DNA from: Rhynchopus sp. YZ270_cl-10
Taxonomy: Eukaryota
Direction of reading: 5' to 3'
DNA: 64,000 bases
NCBI GenBank assembly: GCA_964035575.1
Contig: OZ037841.1
Location: forward strand, 1,302,001 to 1,366,000
Shown: piece after piece, positions 1 through 12,665 of the stretch
Layout: every line of letters starts with the position of its first letter
Numbering within the stretch: the first letter of the stretch is position 1
Program-made: the position numbers and the translations under genes
The notes under the pieces: generated by a model
Told to the model about the DNA's origin: nothing
The model's input: the letters and a program-made list of their open reading frames with translations, nothing else
The model's database searches: none

Positions 1-324
1 TCAAGGAAAAGAGTCGGTCAAAAAAGTCCAAGTAGAACCCAGAAACTCTCCCTTGCCACCCATTTCACGCCCATGCCCCTTGTACTACTAGGGGAAAAAA
101 AAAAAAAAAACGATCGTGAAAAAAAAAAAAAAATGTCAAGATCTTGAAAAAAAGTTCAAGATCTTGAAAAAAACCGTCACGATCGTTCTCACACTATGTT
201 TTTTGGCCAAAAAAATTTTTTTGGCCGAAAATCGCCTTGTATAGCCACTACAGTACACATGGTTTTACCAAAATAGCCGTATTTTGGCTGAAAATTTGAC
301 TTGAAAATTTTTTTCATTGTTTGG

Positions 325-525
325 TCAATCTGAGGTTTTCTTTGAATTTTTTGGGCCATTTTATGACCTACTACACCCAATTTTTGGGGGATTTTTTTTT
401 TCTTGGTCAAAAAATAGCGCTTGTTGCCTACTACTGGGTATAGGCTTGTTCAGAGGTGTGTATTTGGTGTACCCAGACATGGTCAAAACACATGAATTTT
501 GCGTTTTTTTGCATTTTTAGGTTCT
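325..525. repeat. Dispersed repeat, homologous to about 48753-48975
   Basis: Shared blocks TCTGAGGTTTTCTTTG..TTTGGGCCATTTTATGACCTAC and GGTCAAAACAC..AATTTTGCGTTTTTTTGCA at both places. Confidence 0.75.
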
Positions 526-550
526 CGACCAACCAGGGGGCGACCAATTT

Positions 551-900
551 GGGTACTGGGTACTGGGTACTGGGTACTGGGTACTGGGTACTGGGTACTG
601 GGTACTGGGTACTGGGTACTGGGTACTGGGTACTGGGTACTGGGTACTGGGTACTGGGTACTGGGTACTGGGTACTGGGTACTGGGTACTGGGTACTGGG
701 TACTGGGTACTGGGTACTGGGTACTGGGTACTGGGTACTGGGTACTGGGTACTGGGTACTGGGTACTGGGTACTGGGTACTGGGTACTGGGTACTGGGTA
801 CTGGGTACTGGGTACTGGGTACTGGGTACTGGGTACTGGGTACTGGGTACTGGGTACTGGGTACTGGGTACTGGGTACTGGGTACTGGGTACTGGGTACC
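551..900. repeat. Heptamer tandem array (GGGTACT)x50
   Basis: Read directly; the last unit is GGGTACC. It explains the spurious GTGYWVL/PSTQYPV ORFs. Confidence 0.98.
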
Positions 901-1304
901 AAGAGAAGGCAGCTTGACAGCAGCGAAGGCGGAGGCTACGGGGAAGACAAGGTATGTAAATGTTTAACTTTCAGTTACTTGTGTAGATGCAAACAACACA
1001 CCCAGTGTTTGCAGCATTTTATTTTCTTGTGTGCTTTCTCTTCTTTGAATCGAAAGTATGTGAACCTTATTACATCATGATACAATGCAACGAGGCCGAA
1101 ACAGCCTCACTAAGGCCTCTGAAAATAAATGTTCAGACTTGGCACTTACTTATGTTTAGGTGCGCCTCAACCACACGCTTGAATATATTTAATTTGCCAC
1201 ACCTCAGATAGATTTTCCAGATATGCCTATGTTCAGGTGTTCCAGGCCTCGTCACAAATAGACAAAAAAACAAAAGCCAAAACAACAGAGAGAGAGCCAA
1301 CAAT

Positions 1305-2460
1305 TTTTTATCTCACTTGTGTAATAATGTTTAGCCGCGTTTTCGAAATTCCTTCCTGGAGATTACACAAAATACAGTAGACATTATCTCCGCACACAAA
1401 GAACAAAACAAAACCCATGCCGAGAGTAGGCGCAAAAGCAATGTGGAGGAGATCTGCGCATGCAACCAAAAGGGTTGCAGTCATAGGACTTCGAGGAACT
1501 GTTCACCATACCCAACCTTGACGCCCCGTACTAGGTGGTCATACATCATTTGTCAAATATACTGTAGGAATTTCGAAAACGCAGCACAACATTATTGCCC
1601 GTGAGATAATAACTATTTATTCGAGTGAAATAAGAACTATTTTATTTCACGCGCCACTAAAAAGGTGCCCGAGTGCGTTATTTCCCGAGCGAAGCGAGGG
1701 GAATAAGAGTGAGAGTCACGAGGGTGCCTTTTTAGTGGCAAGTGCAAGAAAATGTTCTTATTTCACTCAATATGTAATTTTATTCCACAAGTGAAAAACG
1801 TATTTATAGGTGTAAACAGTGGAACGTTGAGCCCACGCTCCACCCCTCACACCACCACACTTCAAATTACAGATTATTTATTGCCTCTTACACACATGCC
1901 TAAACCCACGCGCAAGTTTGCGGAGATGGAGGATGCATATGACAACTTGTTCGACGACATGAACAGTGGTGTGCAGTACAGGAAAACATGGGACGATTTC
2001 CTCCGTTTCAACAGACTTTCAGGAGCGAACGAGCCCAGGGAAGAACACGTCGTGTCCTTCAGATCACTCCGTGATCTTTTATTTCACTCCCCCACCCAAT
2101 CCTTCACGATTTGCGTGAAATAAAACGTGAAATAAAACGAATCTTATTTCACTCACTTTTTCACCTGTTTACGTTTTTCACGCGTGGTATAAAATTACGT
2201 ATCGAAAACTAAAGTGAACATTATTTAACTGATGGGTGATTCACAAACTGGAATACGTGATACCCACTCGCTATCGCTCGTGACATCACTTTTATGATTA
2301 CACTCACTTCACTCATGAAATCAAAATGCTGAACTCCACTCGCTTCGTGAAGTTGAGCCCCAGTTTGAGTCACCCACCACCTCGTGAAATAATGTTCACT
2401 TTATTTCATGAGATAATAATTATCTAACTCAGTGAAATAAAACTCGTGTAATTTTGCAGA
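1305..2460. repeat. Patchwork of short inverted repeats (non-autonomous element debris)
   Basis: For example 1308-1354 vs 1567-1609 (GCGTTTTCGAAATTCC/GGAATTTCGAAAACGC), GCCACTAAAAAGGTGCCC vs GGGTGCCTTTTTAGTGGC, and recurring CACTCGCT(T/A)TCGCTCG-like motifs. Confidence 0.7.
1896..2060 (+). pseudogene. Fragment resembling the core-binding (SAM-like) domain of a Crypton-type tyrosine recombinase
   Basis: MNSGVQYRKTWDDFLRFNRL..EPREEHVVSF fits the S-x3-Y-x3-W-x2-F-x2-F pattern. No catalytic domain follows. Confidence 0.4.
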
Positions 2461-2681
2461 TTATATGCCCTTTGTGTCACTCAATTGTAACCGAGAATGT
2501 AAGGCAGTGAGTATTTGATCTGCCCTTTATGTCGCGAAATACTATGTTTGGTGTTTTGACGTCTTCCAAGCAGATGGATATTCCCTCACTTGCACGCAAT
2601 CTACCGAGGAACCGACTGCCTTTCTCAAAAGCCAGTACATGTCGGGGTGTCGAGGTCCGTGTCAATACAAAGCGGACCAAG

Positions 2682-2810
2682 TCGCTCGAGGTTTGAAAAC
2701 CGCAAGAACTCGTCCCATTTCTTCTTGTACACCTCCTTGCTTCTCATACCCGCTGAGACTTGGTATCCGTAAGTGTCATACATCCTGTCCTTCTTCGTTT
2801 TGGCAGTGTT
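2682..2810 (-). pseudogene. Second, inverted fragment of the same putative recombinase N-terminus
   Basis: Manual translation gives MRSKEVYKKKWDEFLRFSNLER, clearly homologous to the 1896-2060 peptide. Confidence 0.4.
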
Positions 2811-3304
2811 TGAGGGGAGTGATGAAAAAGTTCTTTTTTTTACTGAGTGATTTTTTTAACCAAAAGAAAACCGACGCAGGAGCTTTTCTGGAACTGTTTT
2901 ATTCTCCCCACCCCAACAACATCACATTTCAGAAAAACATTGTTTTTTCGTTTTTGTTCACTTTCTTTTCTTCTCCCTCACACCTGTTTGCTGTGAATTA
3001 AATTTTTTCGTTTCGGCCTGGTCGCAAACGCGAGTTTTCCTGGAAGCGCAGGAAAAATGACTGGGGAGTGTTGGTGGCTCCGTGACGCCACAGAGCCGGC
3101 ACACTCGTTGAGTGCCTCACAAAACCTCAAATTTATTCCGCTTTGATTTCATTTATTGTCTTCACGCTTTATCGTTGTTGTTGGGTTGGGAAATAATATT
3201 TCATTCTCCCATACATTCTCGGTTACAATTGAGTGACAAAAGGGCACATTATCACCCACCTTTGTGGGAATTCACAAAATTACACGAGTTTTATCCACTT
3301 TTTT

Positions 3305-4790
3305 TTACCACATTAACCTCACCTTTCCCGATAACTGCGTTTCTACACCATACATTTCATTCATTAATCACACTCCACATTTACACTCATCACAGGATCG
3401 TGAAATCTGAACTGCATCTGCGATTGTGATGAGAAGCCTCGCCGCGTCTCCGACATTCAGCAACTCAAAATCCAAAGAGTATCACCCGCATCAATCCATT
3501 CTGAGTTTGCGGACTAAGATCTGGGGTGGAAGGGGGATGGGTACACTTTGTCAGTCACTGCTATTGCCATTTAACCCAGGGAGCATAGCTAGTGCAAGAA
3601 ATTCGACTTTGGAAACCTTCCGGAAAGTCTGTCCTCTGCTTGCGGAGGACGAGGCACAAGAAAATATTGCGTTCCCCCAGAAAACCAGTGCACATTTCAC
3701 ACTCCTTGTGGGTGGTCTTGTTGCCTTTTTGTCACAGTAATTTTGGCCCAGGCATGCTCTTGAAGCATGACAATTTAGTGTGTATGGGGCAGGGTGTTGT
3801 TTTGTTCTGAATTCTCTTTGTTATAACATCTAAGTCAATCGCGGGTGGTGGTTTGTGTAGCGTGAGGCACTCTTTTTAACAAACTTCCTGCGGCTGCTAA
3901 AGCGTTATTTCTTCGGATTTAACAACGTACAGCGTAACATAGTGGATTCGCCTGGTCGACACAACCTTTGATAGATATGGGATAACCAACCCCCTTCGAC
4001 CCCTCGTGGGTTCACTAAACAAGCCCTCGTGGTAGTTAAACGCGATTGACATTTACATTCCTAGAGATGAAAGAACAAGACAACACTTCTGTACCCGCGC
4101 ATCAAAATTGTGGAAAACTTTGCACCCCAAACACCCTCAACAACGCCCGCCAAAAGGCGCCCCTTGTTGCTGGGAGTTGGTTCTCATGTTTGATACCTGC
4201 ACAGCGGGCATTCCTCTGAGTCCAACGCATGTTTGGCCTGTCTGCGGCGTTGTACTTCAGGTGCACGAAGACAGGGTCTGGTGGTAAATTTTGCGTAGTG
4301 TCGCATTCCCTCATGTGTGGGTCACTCACACTTGGCGGTCATGTGCCACTGCGTGGGTCTGGGAATTTGGGTACCTGGGTACAGGAAATTTGTTGTGGAA
4401 GACATCAACCACCATGCATTGAGGAGGGTAAGACAGTGTTCGCAGTTTCTACCTGATAGCATTACAACATTTAACTTCTCCACGGGGGTCTTGGGCCGTT
4501 CACTCGGTTCTACCTTGACTACCGGAAGATATTCTTGAGGCCTTTTTGGTCTCTAGAATATCCGGTCTTCCCGAACGGAGGCACACTTTGTGTGTTACTA
4601 CGACCTGGCAATTTCCAGCAGTAGGTTAAGTAATCTTTCTTGTAAATTGTTGGATCATTATCTCCTCAGTGCATGAATGCCCCACGTGACTGGACACTTT
4701 TGTGTTTGTCATGTGGAGCTGTGGTTGCTCTTTCACGACTTTTTTCCTGTTCCTGGGTACCTGTTCCTGGACCTGGACCTGGGTACCTGG
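3305..4790. repeat. About 1.5-kb segment, copy 1 (copy 2 at about 5618-7032); degraded coding-like sequence of unknown identity
   Basis: Long near-identical stretches with scattered SNPs and indels; the ORF track shows paired ORFs. Confidence 0.95.
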
Positions 4791-4847
4791 GTACCTGGGT
4801 ACCTGGGTACCTGGGTACCTGGGTACCTGGGCACCTGGGCACCTGGG
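4779..4847. repeat. Octamer array (GGGTACCT)n, about 8 units
   Basis: Read directly; the last units are GGGCACCT. It is followed by GTCGGAC/GTCCGAC inverted motifs to about 4990. Confidence 0.95.
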
Positions 4848-5617
4848 TGTGCCTGTCGGACCCCAGGGTCCGGCAGTCGGACTCAGGGGTCCGACTGTGA
4901 GTCCGACAGTCGGACCCCTGAGTCCGACTGTCGGACTCAGGGGGTCCGACTGTCGGACCCCCTCGGACTCCGACAAAAGGGTCCGACATTTCCAGGACAG
5001 ACTGCACCGTGCACTTTTTTGCCAGACCGGGTAGACCGGGTAGAATTTTAAAATGTTTTTTCAAGATAAAACCCTGATGCATGGATGTAGAAAGTACTTC
5101 ACGTACTTTTTTTTGAAAAAAAAAAGTAAAAAAGTACGTGACGAAAAATAAAAAAAAAAAGGGGAATAGTCAGTTATACCCTACCCTTTTTTTGAAATGG
5201 TCAGAGATACCCGAAAATAAGTTCAGATATACCCGAAAACCAGAAATAGGGCATAACTGACTATATCTGAACTTATTTTCGGGTATTTGAACTTATTTTC
5301 GGGTATATCTGAACTTTTTTCGGGTATCTCTGAACTTATTTGGGGTACCCACTTATTTGGGGGTACCCCCTTTGATTTTTTGCCCAGTGGGTGAGTGACC
5401 CACCATGAGGAATGCGACAGCAGAGACAGTATTGAAGCAGCATGGTATGATTTTCACCCCTCTACCCCACACACAGTTACTTTTAGTGGGGGTAAATACC
5501 CGCAAACCCGCAAACCCTTATACATGGTCCCTCGCTTCGCTTGGGAACCATTAGTGCAGCAGGAAACTCTCTGTAGCGTGAAAAAAGGCTACCTTATTTC
5601 GCGGAAATACATAGTTA

Positions 5618-7032
5618 TTACCACTTTTTTCATTAACCTCACCCTTCCCGACTACTGCGTTTGTATACCATAACTTAATCACACCCCACATTTACACTCA
5701 TCACAGGATCGTGAAATCTGAACTGCATCCGTGATTGCGATGAGCGCCGCTCTCCGACATTCAACAACTCAAAATCCAAGGCTTCACCCAAATCAATCTA
5801 TTCTAGATTTGTTTGTGGACGAAGACCTGGGGGTGGGAACACTTTGTCAGTCACTGCTATAGCCATTAACCCAGGGAGCATAGCTAGTGCAAGAAATTCG
5901 ACTTTGGCAACCTTCCGGAAAGTCTGTCCTCTGCTTACGGAGGACGAGGCACAAGAAAATATTGCGTTCCCCCAGAAAACCAGTGCACATTTCACACTCC
6001 TTGTGGGTGGTCTTGTTGCCTTTTTTGTCAAGTAATTTTGGCCCAGGCATGCTCTCGAAGCATGACAATTTAGTGTGTATGGGGCAGGGTGTTGTTTTGT
6101 TCTGAATTCTCTTTGTTATAACATCTAAGTCAATCGCGGGTGGTGGTTTGTGTAGCGTGAGGCACTCTTTTTAGCAAACTTCCTGCGGCTGCTAAAGTGT
6201 TATTTCTTCGGATTTAACAACGTACAGCGTAACATAGTGGTTTAGCCTGGTCGACACAACCTTTGATAGATATGGGATAACCAACCCCCTTCGACCCCTC
6301 GTGGGTTCACTGAACAAGCCCTAGTGGTAGTTAAACGCGATTGACATTTACATTTCTTAGAGATGAAAGAACAAGACAACACTTCTGTACCCGCGCATCA
6401 AAATTGTGGAAAACTTTGCACCCCAAACACCCTCAACAACGCCCGCCAAAAGGCGCCCCTTGTTGCTGGGAGTTGGTTCTCATGATACCTGCACAGCGGG
6501 CATTCCTCTGAGTCCAACGCATGTTTGGCCTGTCTGCGGCGTTGTACTTCAGGTGCACGAAGACAGGGTCTGGTGGTAAATTTTGCGTAGTACTGCGACG
6601 TGGTACTGCGTGGGTCTGGGAACCTGGGTACCTGGGTACAGGAAATTTGTTGTGGAAGACATCAACCACCATGCATTGAGGAGGGTAAGACAGTGTTCGC
6701 AGTTTCTACCTGATAGCATTACAACATTTAACTTCTCCACGGGGGTCTTGGGCCGTTCACTCGGTTCTACCTTGACTACCGGAAGATATTCTTGAGGCCT
6801 TTTTGGTCTCTAGAATATCCGGTCTTCCCGAACGGAGGCACACTTTGTGTGTTACTACGACCTGGCAATTTCCAGCAGTAGGTTAAGTAATCTTTCTTGT
6901 AAATTGTTGGATCATTATCTCCTCAGTGCATGAATGCCCCACGTGACTGGACACTTTTGTGTTTGTCATGTGGAGCTGTGGTTGCTCTTTCACGACTTTT
7001 TTCCTGTTCCTGGGTACCTGGACCTGGACCTG
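5618..7032. repeat. About 1.4-kb segment, copy 2, inside the 5161-7383 element
   Basis: Collinear with 3305-4790. Confidence 0.95.
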
Positions 7033-7115
7033 GTATCTGGGTATCTGGGTATCTGGGTATCTGGGTATCTGGGTATCTGGGTATCTGGGTATCTGGGTAT
7101 CTGGGTATCTGGGTA
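7031..7115. repeat. Octamer array (GGGTATCT)n, about 10 units
   Basis: Read directly. Confidence 0.95.
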
Positions 7116-7430
7116 TACCCGAAAACCAACTTTTTTGGGGTACCCGAAAAAAGTTGGCGATATGGTCAGACATGCCCGAAAATAAGTTGAGAAATAGTCA
7201 GAGATACCCGAAATACCCGAAAATAAGTTCAGATATTGGTCAGTTATGCCCTATTTTTGAAAATGGGGCATCTCTGACCAATATCTGAACTTATTTTCGG
7301 GTATCTCTGACCAATATCTGAACTTATTTTCGGGTATCTCTGACCATTTCAAAAAAAGGGTAGGGCATAACTGACTATTCCCCAAAAAAAAACGTACTTT
7401 TTTTCGTTTTTTTTTCGAAATCACGTAAAT

Positions 7431-7820
7431 CATGGATGTACAAAGTACTTTTTTCCAGAAAGTAAAAAAAAGTAGAAAAATCCCAGTACTTGATACTTCA
7501 AGTACTTGACCCGTTTCTTTTTTTTTTTTTTACTTGATTACTTTTTTTTTTGCCTCAAGTACTTGAATCGGCAAAAAAATGGAAAAGTACTTGAATAAAT
7601 TCAAGTACTTTTCCATTTTTTTTTTACTTTTTTTGCCAATTCAAGTACTTGATGCAACAAAAAAAGTAATCAAGTACAAAAAAAGTGAAAGTACTTGAAG
7701 GAAAAAAAGTACTTGAAGCAAGAAAACAATTTTTTTTTCTTTTTTTTTTTAAATCGATCAAGTACTTGAAGTACACCAAAAAAAGTGAAAAAAAGTAATC
7801 AAGTACTTTGTACATCCATG
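7431..7820. mobile_element. MITE of the CATGGATGTA family nested in the outer element, 6-bp TSD
   Basis: TIR CATGGATGTACAAAGTACTT / AAGTACTTTGTACATCCATG; GTAAAT at 7425-7430 and 7821-7826; interior built of AAGTACTT palindromes. Confidence 0.9.
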
Positions 7821-8029
7821 GTAAATCACGTAAATTTTTTTTTCAAAAAACGTCACGTACGTGAAGTATCACGTAACCCGATTTTTGGAAAAAAAGTACT
7901 TTTTTTTCTTCACGTACTTTCTACATCCATGCTGATGGGTCGATGGAAAAAAAAAAAAAAAAGGCCAAAAACATGGGTTGATGGGTCGATGGTTAGGCTG
8001 GGGCCTGACGAAAACAAAAAAATATTTTT

Positions 8030-8347
8030 CCAACACATGGATGCCCCAAAACGGCATGACAACTGGTAGAAAACACGGTAGGGAATCGGTTATGCAGCCA
8101 CGCCGAAAAAGTTCAATTTTAAGCGAAACTTTCACACACTTACGTACAACTGAGCACAACTGAGCATTACTGAGCACAATTACACCACAATTACAGCGGC
8201 CCAAAACGGTTCACTTTTGTGATTTTTCGTGATTTTTTGTGATTTTTTGTGAATTTTTGTGATTTTTTGTGATTTTTTGTGATCGACAGAATTTGAAAAT
8301 ATTTTTTGTGAATATTTTTTTCCACACCCCCCCTGTCGCCACCCCAA
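8030..8347. repeat. About 320-bp direct repeat (second copy about 9692-10015) with (GATTTTTTGT)n decamers
   Basis: AACACATG(G/A)ATGCCCC..AAACGGCATGACA..GCAGCCACGCCGAAAAAGTTCAATTTT..TTCCACACCCCCCCTGT shared; a further decamer array at about 9370-9475. Confidence 0.9.
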
Positions 8348-11294
8348 TTTTTCTTTTAAAGATGTGTGCGAGAGGCACATTCATCTTTTTTTAAAAGCTT
8401 TTTTTTTTTCTCTTATCTATGTCCGTCACCTTTGCCTTCGTATCGCGTAATCTGAGTCAATAAGGTTAAGCAATGGACACTATTCAGTATTCTTTTCACA
8501 AAAAAAAAAATTCACTCACAAGCTCGTAAAGTCAGTTGAGAAAAATATAATCTGCACTTCACCTTTTACAAATGTTATTCCAAAAAATCCCCGTTCGAAC
8601 GCTTTTTTATTTTATTTTTGTCGCACAAAAAAAAGCCTCACAAAAAAAGGAGACTGAGAGAAACACCATTTTCCCCCACAAACCACACAATCCCTTTATA
8701 TACTACAAGCCATAGTATAACCCCCTTCTCTTTTTCTCTCTCCTCCCCACACTCCCTCCCATCTCTAGTGCACGAAAACCAATAAATGCTAAATGTATTT
8801 TTTTGACTACTTTTTTTTAATGTATTCAAACTTCCCCCCACACCCTCTTCTGGAATACTTCCACAGCCCCTTCCTCTTTCCCCTTCCTTTCCTCCCCCCC
8901 TTCACCACCAAATATGCCGCGCATATCGTCCCTTTCCCCCGGTAACTTTACCCCCCTTTTTTTCTAGCAAAGGAAGAGCGCAGTAGCATCCTCCGGTGTG
9001 CAAGTACACAAACCTAGGGTGAGCAGGAAAAAAACGTTTTTGCCATTTTTTTTTTTTTTTTTTCCATAAAAAATGGCAACTTCAATACTACGTTGGGCAA
9101 ATGTGTGTACCTTTTTTTGTATAGGGTGGTGTGGTGAGAAGAGGGAAATAGCTTGAGTACTTTTGCTAGTTTCAGAACCAGAACCTCGCCGGTTTGCTTT
9201 TTGGGGGAAAGTCTCATACGCCTATAAGCGAACCCCCTCCTCGCTCCTCCAAAAACAAAAAAAGGTACCGCTAATACAACCAAATTTTCTGGGGTGGCGA
9301 CAAGGGGGGTCGGAACTGGGCTGTCACGAAAAATCACGAAAAATCACAAAGAATCATTTTTCTTCTTTGTGATTCTTTGCGACAGGTCGTGATTTTTTGT
9401 GATTTTTTTCCGATTTTTTGCGATTTTTTGCGATTTTTTGTGATTTTTTGTGATCTTTTGTGATTTTTTGTGATCGGCATATTTTGAGATGAGCTTTTTT
9501 TTGTCCCACTCTGGTACTGTACTGTGTACTGTACTGTGTATACTGTGTATACTGCGGAAATTGACCAAAAACGAGAACTTGTCCATTTCGGCAAATTGAC
9601 CCCACCACTGGCCGGACGGATTCCGGAAATGCAAATGCCGGCGTTTAAAAATTTCACCAATGAAAACAAAACAAAAATTTCCAACAACAAACAACACATG
9701 AATGCCCCCCAAAACGGCATGACATCTGGTAGAAACACGGTAGGGAATCAGTTATGCAGCCACGCCGAAAAAGTTCAATTTTAAGCGAAACTTACACATA
9801 CTTACGCAGAACTGAGAACAACTGAGCACAATTCCACCTCAATTACAGCACAATTGCAGCAGCCCAAAACGGTACACTTTTGTGATTTTTTGTGATTTTT
9901 TGTGATTTTTCGTGAATTTTTGTGAATTTTTGTGATTTTTTGTGATCGAGATAATTTGAAAATATTTTTTGTGAATATTTTTTTCCACACCCCCCCCTGT
10001 AGCCACCCCATTTTCAAAAAAGACACTCTCAATTTCCTCGATGTATAATTTCAAGCGAAACCGGGAACTTCTCGTGGGGAGTCATCCTTTATCTCCCCCG
10101 AGGGACCACTATTTCCAGTGACCCGGAAAATGGAGCCTTTTTTTGCACTTTGGTGATTTTCCTCGATCCACACACACCCAAAGAAATTGAATGAAGGTAC
10201 AGCTAATACCTGCCCGAAAAAATCCACTCAGGTTCCAATGAGTTAGCGCTTATTGGGCTGAGAGGGACGCAGTTGACCGAAACGAACGGTCTCGTTGAAG
10301 ATGCCTTGGAGAGGGTTCTGCCTACGCCACGCCGATGAAACGGTGAGGCGTTCTGCAGTTTCAACTTCTCTTTGTTGTGTACTTGTAAGCACCCCGATGA
10401 TGTTTACCTACCACTTTCTTTTCTTTTTTTTCTTTTTTCTTTTCCCCCTTCCCCTTTGTAGGGTGACTAAGCCCAGTGAGGCTTAGAATCATCTTACGTT
10501 TTCGTTCTTTATGAAATAATTTTTTCCCCCCAGCTAAATGCAAGATGTGTGCGGCCTTTGCGGCTCAGCCATCTTCCACCAACTATCTTTCGTTTTTGAG
10601 CGCAAAGCAAAAAATCTACAAAAAAGATTTCATCATGATTAAAAAACTCCCCTCCCCCCAGGATGACTCCCTAAGCAGGATCATCTTAATTTTTTTCTTT
10701 GTTTCTTTGTTTTCTTTGTTTCTTCGTATCTACAGAGTGGTTGTGTAAAGACTTGTACCCCGCCCTCCCCATCCCCTCTTTTTTTTTACCCAGTCAAATA
10801 GATAAAACGGAGCGAAGAAAACGCGCGCCTTGTCTCTTACGATTCGCCATCCAACCCCCCTGTGAAAGGAATGGGGGGGGGCATACGTGCTCGAGTGCTG
10901 ATTGGAATCTTGTTTCAAAATTTTCGTTTTTTTTGGAAGGTGTTTTTGTTTGCCAATTTCTCTCCCCCTCATATTTTATCCCTAAAATAATGTGTGTAGG
11001 TTGCGATAATCCCTTCATTTTGAGCCTAAAATATATTTTTTTAAAATGGATTTGTGTTTCTGGCACTGCGATTGTCGATACCATACAGCTGCAAAAAAGA
11101 AAAAAGAGGCAACAAAAATGTATAAAGAAGGGGACAGATCCTACTGAATCACGCAAAGAAAAGTAGTGGAGGTTTCCACGAAGCGAGAGATAGGCGAGGA
11201 ACGGCTGCGTCGAGCTCACACGAGAAAGAGGCGAGGTGGCTACACGTTATCAATTATTTAAAATTAGTCAAAAATTATTCAAAAAGAAAAAGTC

Positions 11295-11325
<31 letters not shown>

Positions 11326-12499
11326 CGGAAAGCATTGCCGATTTGCGTTTTTTCCTTTACTATATTTGATTGAAAGAATGTCTTAATCATCTTAACTATC
11401 TTTGTTCCAAAAACGCGAATCTGGAAGCTCAAAAAAAAGTATCCCCTCCTTCTCTTGCATTCTTTTTCAATAAGAACAAAAGATATGTAGTGGCCATATT
11501 GTACAGTTGTGGGTCTGTGTTCCAACGTACGCTAAATATCGAAGTTATCATCTCTTCAAAAAAAAGACTTCGAACAAAGCTACGCCCAGGGGAAGAGCAT
11601 TTTTTTTTTAACTGTTCCTCTGGAGGGTGTCTAAATTTCCCTTTTCCCTTTGCTTTGTCACTTTCCACTTTTTTTTTCACTTTACCTCAGAGAAAAGTGA
11701 CCAGGCAAAGTGAAAAAAGGGAAAAGGTTACAAATTTTTTTTTGGTGAACAAGATGTCCTCTCCCCCGTTTCTACTTGCTTGGTGATCAGCTTGCACCGC
11801 ATGTTTTGTTTTGTTGTTTTTTTTTTTCTTTTCTTTTTTATCAGGGTCCTAGCTTGGTTTTGGAAAAAAATGCCAAATCTGGGTCAGAATTTTTTTTTTG
11901 GGTCAGCAGAGGTTTTGGGCCTTGGGGGGCTTGTCTTGGCTTTTTTGGGTTTTCCGAGCTCTACCCTCACTGTGGTGGGGTCATTTCAGAAAAATGGACA
12001 AGTTCTTGACTGATACAAATTTTGGCCACTACGACTAGTGAGTTGCTCACAACGTTAAGTGGAACGCTACTTTTACCATAAAAATCACTCCCCGTTCATA
12101 GATCACCCAACACAAAATATATAAAATGGCGCCGCAGGCGAAAAAAATTAGGGTACGGTGTAAAAATGTAGCTTTTTACACCACAGAGTCACTCTACGAA
12201 CCCTTTTTTGCGGAGCAAAAAAGGAAAAAATGGCGCCGCAGGCAAAAAAAATTGGGTCCAGCCCTGGACGGTGCCGGATTTTTTTGTCAATATTTTTTTT
12301 CTTACCCCAGAAAAGGTGGTGGGCCCCCCCAAAGAGGGGAAAAAATCAGAATTTCCCAATTCCAAATTAATTAATTCCCTTTTTTTTTTTTTTTCGTGGG
12401 TCGCGACCCAGGCACTTGGGTCAGCTTGACCCACTGACCCAGGCAAGCTAGGACTCTGTTTTTATTGTGAAAATAACATGTGTGTGTTTTACTATATTG

Positions 12500-12665
12500 G
12501 CAGTGGTGTCAAAGCTTCTGTGGGTGGTCCCTGATCACAACGAGATGCTTGCATCAAAAGCAGCACAAAAAAAACTCTCGGAATTGCCACGTTCTGGTAC
12601 GACTTTTTTGTCAAAGTGTTTCCCCTCCCCACCATCCAAACTCGCACGGTCTAAGCATAGCCACT
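12500..12665 (+). pseudogene. Possible highly decayed DDE integrase-core remnant
   Basis: Two frames give VVPDHNEMLASKAAQKKLSEL and SPPHHPNSHGLS, loosely like SDNGxxFxSxxFxxxL and PYHPQSNG. Needs a frameshift; weak. Confidence 0.2.

Larger units (their letters stand above)
5161..7383. mobile_element. MULE-like non-autonomous element with about 70-bp TIRs carrying a 1.4-kb cargo
   Basis: GGGGAATAGTCAGTTATACCCTACCCTTTTTTTGAAATGGTCAGAGATACCCGAAAATAAGTTCAGATAT and its near-perfect reverse complement ending 7383. A-runs on both sides fit a 9-bp TSD, but the length is ambiguous. Confidence 0.8.
5080..7931. mobile_element. Non-autonomous TIR element, outer layer of a nest, 6-bp TSD
   Basis: TIR CATGGATGTAGAAAGTAC (5080) / GTACTTTCTACATCCATG (ends 7931); CTGATG on both sides (5074-5079, 7932-7937). 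Confidence 0.9.

Noticed and set aside
551..900. Telomere or CRISPR array
   Set aside because: It is internal, has no spacers and no cas genes; the unit is not a telomere repeat I can confirm.
456..1080. ORFs made of GTGYWVL/PSTQYPV repeats (also the HAIMPSCH ORFs at 15807-16277 and the YPGTQVPR-type ORFs)
   Set aside because: They are translations of stop-free tandem arrays, open in several frames.
5798..6031. Fanzor/TnpB remnant suggested by VFWGNAIFS..SRG on the minus strand
   Set aside because: No convincing RuvC DPG, E or D motifs or zinc finger in either copy; one short resemblance is not enough.
10230..10360. Hammerhead ribozyme (CTGAGAG..CGAAAC)
   Set aside because: The core does not fit CUGANGA and I could not build the three stems.
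10460..10495. Iron-responsive element (CAGTGA loop) or SECIS
   Set aside because: It lacks IRE stem geometry and the SECIS quartet; better explained as a member of the hairpin family.
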